From an uncultured bacterium (GTDB lineage Bacteria > Chloroflexota > UBA5177 > JANWHV01): 64,000 bases of DNA. This document shows, piece by piece, positions 9,669 to 20,453 of the stretch (the stretch's first letter is position 1; each line of letters starts with the position of its first letter). The notes under the pieces were generated by a model. That model saw only the letters and a program-made list of their open reading frames with translations. It was not told the origin of the DNA and did no database searches. Both the position numbers and the translations under genes were made by a program. Location of the stretch: NCBI GenBank assembly GCA_963729625.1, contig CAVSOU010000007.1, positions 617,705 through 681,704 of the forward strand. Direction: 5' to 3'.

Positions 9669-10484
9669 ATGACCCATCGCATCGTTGCCCTCGCCTCCGC
9701 CGCGGTACTTGTGTCGTCGAGTCTCGGTCTGATTCCTGCCGGCACGCACGCCGGCATGGCCCTGGACAGCATCGCCGTATCTGCGTGCGCGGCTCCCAGC
9801 AATCCCGTCCGCTACGACAGCGGCACCACCGACGTGCTGGTATGCACGTCCACCATCCAGTCCGGCGAGACGCTCCACATTGTCATTGCTACCCGGAAGC
9901 TCGCGTCCGTCCAGGTGCGGCTGAAGTTCCCTGACGGAACGACCGCGCCGCAGTCGGGCATGTTGACGGTCGTCGCCGACAAGAAGGGCGTAGCTCGGGC
10001 CAACCTGGCCATTCGCTACAACCCCATTACCAGTTACGCGCAGGCGGAGCTGACGGTCACCGTCCTCAACAAGGCTCACCCCGACGTGATAAGCGGGTAC
10101 GTCAGGATAGCGGAGACGGCGCCGCTCGCCTCCACTGTCCTGCGCGCTCGCCCGCGCTACCTGGCCAATTGGTGTCCAGAGGATCAGGCTGCGTGCTCCA
10201 TACGCAACGGCGCCGCGCTGATCATCCAGATCGTCAGCGATCCGGGTGCTCAGGTGACGGTCAGGCTCGTCTACCCGGACAGTACGTCGATCAGCTGCTA
10301 TCGCAATGATCTCACCGCCACGTCCCTGACGAACGCTGCCGGTATGTATCGCTGCCAACTGCCCGTCGTCTATCAACCGAAAAGCAGCGTTCAGGGCACC
10401 ACCCTGACGGTCGTGGCGGAACTGAGTCTTGGCGGCTACACGGGACCGCAGCTCTCGCTCGCTCTTAACCTGCTCGGGCGCTGA
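9669..10484 (+). CDS. Exported hypothetical protein (beta-rich, Cys pairs)
   Basis: Signal peptide; stop overlaps the next ATG (TGATG). Confidence 0.75.
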   Translation: MTHRIVALASAAVLVSSSLGLIPAGTHAGMALDSIAVSACAAPSNPVRYDSGTTDVLVCTSTIQSGETLHIVIATRKLASVQVRLKFPDGTTAPQSGMLTVVADKKGVARANLAIRYNPITSYAQAELTVTVLNKAHPDVISGYVRIAETAPLASTVLRARPRYLANWCPEDQAACSIRNGAALIIQIVSDPGAQVTVRLVYPDSTSISCYRNDLTATSLTNAAGMYRCQLPVVYQPKSSVQGTTLTVVAELSLGGYTGPQLSLALNLLGR

Positions 10485-11971
10485 TGCGGCGGCAACACCT
10501 CGTTGCGCTTGCACTTCTCACGGCACTGCTCCTGATCTCCGGGCTCCTGCTGCTATCGATCTTCGGCGTGACCCTCCTGCCGCGCCAATCGGTGAGCCTG
10601 CCCACGCTGCCTCCAGATGCTCTCAACGTGGGGCAGCCCTCGGGCTCTCCTGCCGGGATCGACCTGGGGCTGGGCATCGGCCTGGGCGACGTGCCGACCA
10701 ACTCCATGGTTGAGTCAGTGCAAACCGCGCATGTCACGGTGCTTCGCTTTGGCGACACGCATGCCGACGACTACGACTGGCAGCTGGGATGCCTCTACGA
10801 CCCCACGCGGCCGCACCCCGATTGTTACAGCCAGGCTGGACGGGGTAGTCCACTTGACCAGTTCCTCGCGTTTACCGGCCAGGTAGGCGCGCAACCGCTG
10901 ATCGTGGTGAACGGAGAACTCGACGATCCGCAGCAGGCCGCGCAGCTCGTAAGCTTCTACTGGCAGCATTGCGCGCACGCGCCGGGACGCGACTGCCCCG
11001 ACCCATATTGGGAGATCGGCGACTCGCCCGCCACCTGGTCGCACTTCGCCATACCCCTCAAGCAGCGCCGGCCGAGCGACTCTTCCATGGCTACTCCGGA
11101 CCAGTATGCGGCGTTGGTGACCTCGTATCGGGCGGCGATGGCCAACGCCGCGCCATACTACCAGCGCCATCCGATCAAGATTGTAGCCGACGAGTTCATC
11201 ACCGGCGCCACCGACGAGAGCTGGATCGACGCCCTGAGCTACGGCGGTGTCGACACGCACTACGCACCGTTGATCTACACGCGCGGAAGCCGGACGCCAA
11301 GCGTGCAGGACGTCATTCAGGCCGTGGAGCACGGTTATCAAGACCGGCCCGGCGTGGACGCGTGGCTGCAGGGCCTTCGCGAAGGTCTGCAACAGTTCGA
11401 CCAATCCAGCTCACTCAAGATCTTCATCGGCCGCTGGTCGATCGACGCGAACACGGGAGTGGGAGAGCCCAGTGTCTATGGAGGCTACACGCAAGCGTTG
11501 TTCACCGCCGCGCTGCTCGCGAGCGTGTGGCAGGACACGGGAGGCGCCAACCCGATTGCCATGGCCATCCAGGCGCCGATGAGCGGCCCCGCACAGGAGC
11601 CATTCGACATCGCCACCTCCTTGCCGCGTTCGGCTGTCGACGTCTATGCACTGGTCGGCCGCTACTTCGGGAGGCATCCCGTGCCGGCGGATCTGGGAAG
11701 CGGCGCCACGGCGGCCGGAATGCTCGCCGCCGGATCGTCCGTAGACCCCGGAGACCTGCGCATTCTGCTCGTGAATCTGGACCAGAAGAAGTCCCACACG
11801 GTAGAGCTACAAGGTGTGTCGCGAGGTGTCGCCGAGATGTGGTGGATCGTGCCGGACAGCGGGCAGGCTGACGGCGCGAGCGCGGTGAGGCACGCCGCGG
11901 CATCCGGGTCGCGAGTCACGGTACCGCCCTGGGGCATTGCCGTCGTGCGTTTGCGACCGCCATCACGATAA
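10484..11971 (+). CDS. Membrane-anchored clan GH-A glycoside hydrolase-like protein (GH44/51/79-like), catalytic Glu residues apparently absent
   Basis: N-terminal TM; LRFG..ADDYDW, FLAF..QVGAQPLIVVN, YWEIGDSP, ILLVNLD beta-sandwich tail. Confidence 0.7.
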   Translation: MRRQHLVALALLTALLLISGLLLLSIFGVTLLPRQSVSLPTLPPDALNVGQPSGSPAGIDLGLGIGLGDVPTNSMVESVQTAHVTVLRFGDTHADDYDWQLGCLYDPTRPHPDCYSQAGRGSPLDQFLAFTGQVGAQPLIVVNGELDDPQQAAQLVSFYWQHCAHAPGRDCPDPYWEIGDSPATWSHFAIPLKQRRPSDSSMATPDQYAALVTSYRAAMANAAPYYQRHPIKIVADEFITGATDESWIDALSYGGVDTHYAPLIYTRGSRTPSVQDVIQAVEHGYQDRPGVDAWLQGLREGLQQFDQSSSLKIFIGRWSIDANTGVGEPSVYGGYTQALFTAALLASVWQDTGGANPIAMAIQAPMSGPAQEPFDIATSLPRSAVDVYALVGRYFGRHPVPADLGSGATAAGMLAAGSSVDPGDLRILLVNLDQKKSHTVELQGVSRGVAEMWWIVPDSGQADGASAVRHAAASGSRVTVPPWGIAVVRLRPPSR

Positions 11972-12457
11972 TCGTGTTGCGCACGTGAAGATCGCCTGGC
12001 GCGAGATCAACGGCGCGCGCACGGAATCGCGACTCATGGACATGGACGTGCGTTGTCGAGGCGGACATGATGTCCGCGGCCCCAAGAAGCCAGCAATCGC
12101 ACTATTCCAGGGCAATCTGATGGCTGGAAAGGATAGCGTTGCGGACCATCTTGTGGCAAACTTGCAGTGACATCGTGACATCCTGGCCTTTCAGGGGGCA
12201 AACGACTTCTTGCAGGCGGCGCCCACGTTGTCCAGGAGGGTTCACAGGAGCACCTGTTTAGCCTAGGATAGGGGTAGCGCTCGTCATGGTTCGGCGGCAT
12301 GCCAGATGGCCAAGCAAGGGCACGGAACCAGGGGCCTCGTTCATTCCCGCGGGTGACCAAGCGCCAGTGATCGGATTGCCCAGAGCCGGTGGCGGAGAGC
12401 GCGGTGCTCCGCCCGGCAGGTAGTGGTGTAGACAAGACCTGATCGAGGAGGGGCCAG

Positions 12458-13798
12458 ATGAATCAGCAGCGCATCCCGGAAACCTCGAATCGCGGCCGAA
12501 GCGCGCCTCGTCTCACGGCTATGTGGCATCGAGCCCTGGCGGTTGTCGCCGTGCTCGCGCTCCTCGCGTCCTCATTCGCCATCTGGGATGCGCGGCATCC
12601 GGTGACCGCGGCAGCAATTCCCCCAACTCCAACCTTCGCCGTGTCTCCGACCAGTGGGGCAGCGGGCAGCGCTGTATCGCTGAGCGCGACGAACATCCAG
12701 CGCATCTACGACACGGGCACGCTCAGCCTCACCTTCGACAAGGTGCCGATCTCCCCCGCACCCGGCCTCGTTGCATGTACGAGCAGCGCCCTCTTCGGCT
12801 TTGGCCCCGACTGCAGCGCCAACTCGCCCTACTCCTACGTCATTCCGGCGGGCACGCTTCCCGGAATCCACACCTTCGAGTTCACCGCTTCGACTGCCAA
12901 CGCCCCGGCGCCCCTGGACCTCACGGCCACGTTCACCGTACCCAACCCTCCTGCCCTGATTGTGGTTCCGACCTCTGGACCGGCCGGAAGCGCCGTGTCG
13001 GTAAGCGCCATCAACATTCCGGCAATCGCCCTTCAGTACGGCCCGGGCGCCGTCAGTCTGACATTTGACAAGGTTGTTATCTCGCCCGTGCCGGCGCTCA
13101 CCCAGTGCTCAGTCAGCGGCGTTGGCTTCGGCCTCCAGTGCAGCCCCCTCGCCGCGTTCCCCTACACGATCCCGGCCTCCGCGCTTCCCGGCGTCCACAC
13201 CTTTGAATTCGTCGTTCAGGCATTGTCCGCCGTTGCCGTCACTGGGCCGCTGGTAGACGTGACGGCGCCGTTCCTGGTGGTAGCCCAGGCAACCGAGACG
13301 CCCACCACGAGCGTTACGGCCACGCCCACCACGAGCGCCAGCGCGACACCCACCGCTACCAGCGTGCCGCCGACAGCCACACCCACCAGCACCGCCGTAC
13401 CGCCGACCGCGACCTCCACCCTGGTGCCGACGCACACGGCGACTGCCACGGTGACTGCCACCCCGAAGCCCAAGCTCGGCGCCCTGGTGAGTATCGTGCG
13501 CCCAGAATTCGATTCCAATCGGGTAACGTTCTTCGCCAAGGGCAGCCCGGGAACCATGGTGCACGTGGACTTCACGATCGTGGCGCCCAACGGCCACGGC
13601 GGCACGACCAAGACCTTCTCCTATAGCGTCGACCAGAAGATGGGGCCAGCGGGAACCGTCGCCCTCAACATCAAGGTCAACCCCATCGCGCAGACGCCCG
13701 GCCTGGCCACGATGATGCTCAAGGCTACAACGCCCAGCGGCGCCGTGATGGCGTCCAAGCGCTACTTCCACTACGCCGTGTACAACACCAAGCAGTAA
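12458..13798 (+). CDS. Exported protein with two tandem Ig/IPT-like repeats and a Pro/Thr-rich linker
   Basis: Repeated PTSG.AGSAVS.SA.NI...LTFDKV.ISP.P.L..C...IPA..LPG.HTFEF; TATPT linker; GAGGAGG RBS. Confidence 0.8.
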   Translation: MNQQRIPETSNRGRSAPRLTAMWHRALAVVAVLALLASSFAIWDARHPVTAAAIPPTPTFAVSPTSGAAGSAVSLSATNIQRIYDTGTLSLTFDKVPISPAPGLVACTSSALFGFGPDCSANSPYSYVIPAGTLPGIHTFEFTASTANAPAPLDLTATFTVPNPPALIVVPTSGPAGSAVSVSAINIPAIALQYGPGAVSLTFDKVVISPVPALTQCSVSGVGFGLQCSPLAAFPYTIPASALPGVHTFEFVVQALSAVAVTGPLVDVTAPFLVVAQATETPTTSVTATPTTSASATPTATSVPPTATPTSTAVPPTATSTLVPTHTATATVTATPKPKLGALVSIVRPEFDSNRVTFFAKGSPGTMVHVDFTIVAPNGHGGTTKTFSYSVDQKMGPAGTVALNIKVNPIAQTPGLATMMLKATTPSGAVMASKRYFHYAVYNTKQ

Positions 13799-13903
13799 CG
13801 CGAGGGCGCAATCCTGACGATCACACGCGGCGCCTGAATCTCAATCACTCGCCCGCGGTCCCGCTCGTCGCACGTGACGGTAGCGTGACCGACCCGCGGG
13901 CGC

Positions 13904-15616
13904 CTATTCCACGACCGGAATAGTGAACCAGAACGTCGATCCGGCGCCCTCGGTGCTCTCAACGCCAACCTCACCACCGTGCTGTTCGACGATGGTCTTG
14001 CTGATGAAGAGTCCAAGGCCCAGCCCCGCGCGCGTGCCGGACTGCTGCGCGATACTTTCGACGCGATAGAACCGCTCCCAGACGTGAGGCTGCTCCTCAA
14101 GCGGTATGCCTGCGCCACGATCACTCACCCAGACGCGCGCCACGCCGTCCACGCGTTGCACGCCGACCTCCACGGGGCTCGGCTCCGGCGCATACTTGAG
14201 CGCGTTGGTCAGGTAGTTGTGCACTACCTGGCTGATGCGCACCGCGTCCGCGTCACAGGCTATGGGCGCCGCCGCTATGTTCAACCGCACCTCGCGCGAC
14301 GCCGTCTCGGGCAATTCCTCCACTGCTTCCCGCACCACGGCGGTCAGGTCGCAATGCGCTCGATGCAACACGAGCTGGTCGCTCTGCAGCCGCGAGATGT
14401 CCAGCAGATCGTTGATCAGGAGATTCATGCGGTTGAGCGCGCGCAGCGCCCGCGACAGTGCGATGCGCAAATCGGCCGGTACCGGGGTTCCGCGCGCTGC
14501 CTCCTGGTCGATGCGACGGAGTCCAACCTGAATGTTGCCGCTCGACGTCGTCAGCGGCGTGCGCAGCTCGTGCGTGACCAGGCCCAGGAACGCGTCCATG
14601 CGCCGGTTGGTCTCGCGCATCACAAGTTCTTCGGCCGCCGCTGCGGCACGTTCACGAGTCAGCCGGTCACGCTCGATGGCCAGCGCCACCAGCGAGGCCA
14701 CCGCCCGTGCCAGCATGGAGTCCTCCGCCGCGAGCCGGCGCCGCGCGTGGCTGAGATCCAAGGCCAGCACGCCGACCAGTCGCGAGCCGGCCGTCAGCGC
14801 GATATAGAGCGCGACTCGCCACTCGTAGGGAAAGAGGCGGTCCGGGTACTCGCTCCTGTCGAGCAGCAACAGTCCCTCCTTGAATAGCGTGTCCAGCTCC
14901 TCCGCGGTCATGAACTCCCGCAAACCAGTGCCGGACCGCCCCGATCGCCACTGTTGCTCGATCTCGGGAGCAAGGCCCGAGCTGGCGCCAGCGTGCCAGG
15001 CTCCTGCGGCGTCGACCAGGGTGACGGCCACCGACTGCGCGTCGAGCGCCTCGCGCGCCAGGCACAGAATCGACTCCGCCAGACTCAGCTGGGCGTCGGG
15101 CGAGGCCTCCTCATCGGAACTGTCTCCGGCTTGCACCAGGGCGCCGGCCATGCCCATGAGCGTGGCCAGCGATGTTCGTATGTGCTTCAGCAGGGTCAGG
15201 TGCTCCTCTTCTGCCCGAGCGTGTTCCGTGATGTCGCGGGCGGTGACCACCATGCCGCGCACGACCGGATCGCTGAGGCGGCTTTGCCACGTCAACTCCA
15301 GCACGCGGTACGAGCCGCCGGCATGACGGCAGCGAGCCGTGGCGCTAACGGGCGCGCCCTCCGCGGCGATGGCCCGCGAGAGCGCGTCCCGCATGGCCGC
15401 CGCGTCGTCGGGATGCACGTGCGCGAGTGCGTCGACGCCGGAACTCGTCGCCGGCGAGCGGCCCAGCACGCGTTCGCATGCCGATCCCGCATAGCGCACT
15501 GTGCCGTCGGCATTCAGCACGCACACGATGTCCGTAGCCCAGGCGAGCAGCTCTTGATAGAACCGCGCATCAAACGGTTGCGGCGCGTCTGAAGAATTCA
15601 CCGAACCAGTGCCCAC
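13904..15616 (-). CDS. PAS/GAF sensor histidine kinase
   Basis: PAS (HVHPDD), H-box THELRTPLT, N-box NALKY, G-boxes DRGAGI and GLGLGL; start set at GTG after GGAGGAGG. Confidence 0.92.
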   Translation of the reverse strand: MGTGSVNSSDAPQPFDARFYQELLAWATDIVCVLNADGTVRYAGSACERVLGRSPATSSGVDALAHVHPDDAAAMRDALSRAIAAEGAPVSATARCRHAGGSYRVLELTWQSRLSDPVVRGMVVTARDITEHARAEEEHLTLLKHIRTSLATLMGMAGALVQAGDSSDEEASPDAQLSLAESILCLAREALDAQSVAVTLVDAAGAWHAGASSGLAPEIEQQWRSGRSGTGLREFMTAEELDTLFKEGLLLLDRSEYPDRLFPYEWRVALYIALTAGSRLVGVLALDLSHARRRLAAEDSMLARAVASLVALAIERDRLTRERAAAAAEELVMRETNRRMDAFLGLVTHELRTPLTTSSGNIQVGLRRIDQEAARGTPVPADLRIALSRALRALNRMNLLINDLLDISRLQSDQLVLHRAHCDLTAVVREAVEELPETASREVRLNIAAAPIACDADAVRISQVVHNYLTNALKYAPEPSPVEVGVQRVDGVARVWVSDRGAGIPLEEQPHVWERFYRVESIAQQSGTRAGLGLGLFISKTIVEQHGGEVGVESTEGAGSTFWFTIPVVE

Positions 15617-15829
15617 GGGAGCCCTCCTCCGGCTGCTGCGCCTGGGACGAATCAGCACACAGATAGCCCTATTATGCCCACCATAGGCCGATCGACCGGC
15701 GGGAGCAACTAGCCCGTTCGGGCTAGTCCTACATGACCGGCAACGTCCCGATGTGGTACCACACACGGTACGAAGCAAGGTTCGTGTGGATCTTCTCGTA
15801 GCGCCATGGGTTAGCTCCCAGGAGGAACG

Positions 15830-16841
<1,012 letters not shown>

Positions 16842-16849
<8 letters not shown>

Positions 16850-17510
16850 GATCTGGGCGAGGGTCAGGAACAACTGGAACACGACGGCCCCGCCGGATCC
16901 GCCTGTGACGGTCGCCACGTGGGCCGACGAGCTGCGCGCCATGGCCGCAGTCGGCTTGCAATTCGCCCAGAACAGTTACGATCGGGGGCGCTACGCCCGC
17001 CTCCAGCAAATTGCCGAGGAGATGTTCGGCTTCCTCATCGACGCCGGGGCGGCCGAGATCCATGCGCGGCTTGGCGCTGAGGTTGGCTATGTGACGCCCA
17101 AGGTCGGCGTGGCCGCGGCGGTATTCGACGAGCATCAGCGGATCCTGCTGGTGCGGCGGCGCGATAATGCGCTCTGGGCCATGCCGGGTGGCTGGGCCGA
17201 CGTTGGCGAATCGGCCGCCGAGATGACCGCGCGCGAGGCACGCGAAGAAACCGGGCTCACTGTCACTGTCGATCGGCTGCTCGGCCTGTACGACAGCTAC
17301 AAGCGCGGGTTCCGGCACCCGCACCAGATCTATCACGTGGTGTTCCAGTGCTCCGTGGTGTCCGGTACACCGGCGCAGACAGAGGAGACTCTCGGCGTGG
17401 ACTGGTTCTGGGCCGGCGACCTGCCCGACCTCTCGCCCGGCCACCTCGACCCGGTACACGATGCGTTCCGCGCCCTGGTCGACCCCGGCATGCCGGCTGT
17501 GTTTGATTGA
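16842..17510 (+). CDS. NUDIX hydrolase with N-terminal helical domain
   Basis: Nudix box [23 protein letters not shown]. Confidence 0.93.
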
Positions 17511-17772
17511 GCGTACTGCTACGAGCGACACGTCTCAGCCAATGACTGACCATGGCCGGGCGTCCGCGCGCAAGGAGGCTTGATACGTCGTACCGCGAAA
17601 CATGTACGATATCTGCGTCCATGCGCGCGAAGGTTCGCCCGTCTACCAGTGGTATTTTGGCAACACGATCGAACCGAGCGTTCACTACGGTACGATATAC
17701 CTCGACCTGACCAAGCAGCTCGCTGCGGAGTGACGCAGCAGCCGGTAGCGCAGAGCCGCGAAGGAGCACGCT

Positions 17773-19278
17773 ATGGGTTCCGACAGCGCCCTGTTTATCG
17801 TGCATGTAGCCGGCTATGGCGTGTTCCTCTGGCACGGACTCTATGTGTTGACCCGGGGCGATCGCGGTCCGATCGCGCGCTTGACCGGGTGTACGGCCCT
17901 GGTCACTGCGGCGCTTTTCGGGTTCGGCGGCCTCCTGGAGGCATTGAGCTCCAATCCAGTGAGCTTGCAGCTCGCCGTGGACCGCGCGCAGTGGTGGGCC
18001 TCCGTGCTGCCGGCCGTTCTCTGGTTGCATCTCAGCTTTCGCCTGCAGGGCGGCGCGCTTGTCAATCGCGGGCAGCGCGGCCTGATCCAGGCCGCCTACG
18101 TGGCGGCGGCGGCGCTGATCGTGCTGGGCACGTTTACGGATCTGATCCGAAACTATTCGGACAAAGGCTCCGGATCCCTGGATTCAGCCGGCTCCCTCTA
18201 TGTCGTATACGTCGCCTTTCTCTTTGTCTGTGCCGGCCTGGCCCTGGTCAAGCTCACTTGGAGACGCCAGCTTTTCCGCGGTGAGGCCGCCTCAAGCGTG
18301 GAAAACCTCATGCTGATCGTCGGCGCCGCGTGCTTTCTGGCCGGCGTGGCCGACTTCACGCTGCACAAAATGCTCGGCAACAACTGGGACGAGGTGCCGG
18401 CCTGGCTATTGCTGGTAATAGGACTGGGAGCCGTCGGCGGCACCGTCGGCGTGCGCAGCAATCTCCTTCTCGGCACCGATGTTCGGCGCGACTTCCTCTA
18501 CAGCGCTACAAGCCTGGCGGCGTTGGTCGTGCCCTACCTGCTGGCGAGCGCGATACTGGTCGGATTCGACACCGGGCGGTCGCGCCTGCTCGCTCTGTTC
18601 GTGCTCACGCTCATCGTGCTCAGCCACTCACTCAGCGATGAGGCGGGAGAGTGGCTCGACGCTGCCTTCTTCTCGCCTCCCGTCCGTGAGGAGCGCGCAT
18701 TGGCTCGCGCGTACGTGGGCGCGCTGGCGACGCAGCCCGTCGGACTCAGCCCAGAGCTGGGGACGGTCAAATCGTTTGACGACGCAGTTCGCCGGGCTAT
18801 TACTCACCTCTCCGATCCCACGAAGCTGGCTACGTCGCCGCTCTTGAGCCTGAGGACAGTCGAGCGCGGCATCGAGGAGCAGAGCCAGGAGGACAACCGT
18901 CTGAACCGCGCCGCGGCGCTCAAGGAAATCTTGCTCGACCTGCTCGGCGGCCTGCGTCCGGCGGATGGCGGCAGCGTGACCGGCGATGCCAATCGCTACT
19001 ACAACTGCCTTTACTACCCCTATGTGCGAGGGTTCAGCCGGAAGCGTGCGCCACGTATCCTGCGCCAGCTGGAGGAGCGCCGGCAGCGCGACGGCGGCGC
19101 GCCGACCGACGGCGAGCGCATCGTCCACTGGATCCTGCAGGTCGACGAAGCAACCTTCTATCGATGGCAGCGGCGTGCATCGGACACGATCGCCGCGGCG
19201 TTGCGCGAGCGGGAGATACTGGCAGGCGGCATCGTGACAGTCGACAGCGGTGCCGCGCCGGCAGAGGTCGCCACATAG
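17773..19278 (+). CDS. Multi-TM membrane protein with C-terminal putative DNA-binding domain
   Basis: About 9 hydrophobic segments, then a soluble tail ending LQVDEATFYRWQRRASDTIA (HTH-like). Confidence 0.75.
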   Translation: MGSDSALFIVHVAGYGVFLWHGLYVLTRGDRGPIARLTGCTALVTAALFGFGGLLEALSSNPVSLQLAVDRAQWWASVLPAVLWLHLSFRLQGGALVNRGQRGLIQAAYVAAAALIVLGTFTDLIRNYSDKGSGSLDSAGSLYVVYVAFLFVCAGLALVKLTWRRQLFRGEAASSVENLMLIVGAACFLAGVADFTLHKMLGNNWDEVPAWLLLVIGLGAVGGTVGVRSNLLLGTDVRRDFLYSATSLAALVVPYLLASAILVGFDTGRSRLLALFVLTLIVLSHSLSDEAGEWLDAAFFSPPVREERALARAYVGALATQPVGLSPELGTVKSFDDAVRRAITHLSDPTKLATSPLLSLRTVERGIEEQSQEDNRLNRAAALKEILLDLLGGLRPADGGSVTGDANRYYNCLYYPYVRGFSRKRAPRILRQLEERRQRDGGAPTDGERIVHWILQVDEATFYRWQRRASDTIAAALREREILAGGIVTVDSGAAPAEVAT

Positions 19279-19403
19279 ATCGGGCTACAGCTGTACATAG
19301 GCTGTGATGTGGCCGGTGAGAGTCCTGGAGAGCGATCGCGCTGTTCGTGAGAGCGTCCTTCGACGTACGGTATGTCCGTTAACGGGGGAAGGGGGTTTGT
19401 CCA

Positions 19404-20369
19404 ATGGCAAACATTGCTGTCACGCAGGCACCCGCGGCACACGATCGAAGCAAGCGCGGAAGCCGGCGCCGCTATCTGATCTGGCTTTTCGCCGCCATTC
19501 TCGTGCTGGCAGTCGTATTCGTCGGCCTTCCAGGCTATGTCGGATGGCAGATGACCCACCCCAGCCGCGACTACGCCACGCGGACGCCTGCCGCCGCCGG
19601 CCTATCCTATGTCGACGTGTCGTTTCCCAGCCGCATCGGCGACGTGCGGCTCTCCGGCTGGTTCATGCCCTCCAGGCACAGCGCGCGCACCGTGATTATC
19701 GCCCATGGATACCCGCACCATCGCCTGAACGAAGTGCCGTCGGTGCCCATGGCCCAGGTGCTGGTACATCACGGCTTCAACGTGCTGGCCTTTGACTTCC
19801 GCGGCTGCGGAAAGTCCGGGGGCGATACGGTCACGCTTGGCCAGGACGAGCCCGGCGATATGCTCGGCGCCGTCGACTACCTGAAAGGTCGGTTTGCCGG
19901 GCAACAGGTGCGGATCGGTCTGCTCGGCTTCTCACTGGGCGCAACCACCAGTCTCGAGACCGGCAGCCAGGATACGCGCGACATTCGCGCGATCGTCAGC
20001 GACAGCGCCTTTGCCGATCTGTATCCCTACATCGTCGATCACGCGGACACATGGACCCATCTGCCCCCGTTCCCGTTCAACCGCCTGATCGCCTGGATCA
20101 CGCCGCCGCTCACCGGGCTGGATCCGCACAAGGTCAATGCCATAACGGCCGTGCAGCACTTGCCGAAGACGCCGATCTTCTTCATCGCAGGCACCGCGGA
20201 CAAGACCATCTCGGATGATAATTCACTCGATCTCTACAGGGCAGCGACCACGACATCGAAGCAAATCTGGCTCGTGCCCGGCGGCGGCCACACCACCTCG
20301 TATGAGCAGCAACCACGCGTGTACGAGCAGCGCGTGCTGGCATTCTTTCAGCAGTACCTCAGGGCATGA
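19404..20369 (+). CDS. Alpha/beta hydrolase, membrane-anchored
   Basis: AHGY, FDFRGCGKSGG, GFSLG nucleophile, GTADKTI, GGGH. Confidence 0.92.
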   Translation: MANIAVTQAPAAHDRSKRGSRRRYLIWLFAAILVLAVVFVGLPGYVGWQMTHPSRDYATRTPAAAGLSYVDVSFPSRIGDVRLSGWFMPSRHSARTVIIAHGYPHHRLNEVPSVPMAQVLVHHGFNVLAFDFRGCGKSGGDTVTLGQDEPGDMLGAVDYLKGRFAGQQVRIGLLGFSLGATTSLETGSQDTRDIRAIVSDSAFADLYPYIVDHADTWTHLPPFPFNRLIAWITPPLTGLDPHKVNAITAVQHLPKTPIFFIAGTADKTISDDNSLDLYRAATTTSKQIWLVPGGGHTTSYEQQPRVYEQRVLAFFQQYLRA

Positions 20370-20453
20370 CCGGTTCGTGCAGCAGCAGGCAGCCCGGTTT
20401 GCGGCCTGCGCCTGCAGGCGCCCGCCGCCGTCGGTGCCCGACGAATCCGCGGT

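Noticed and set aside
13290-13470. Repetitive DNA in the 12458 gene
   Set aside because: Ordinary Thr/Pro linker codons, not an array
15708-15727. Perfect inverted repeat ACTAGCCCG-TT-CGGGCTAGT
   Set aside because: Single occurrence without a U-tract; function cannot be supported
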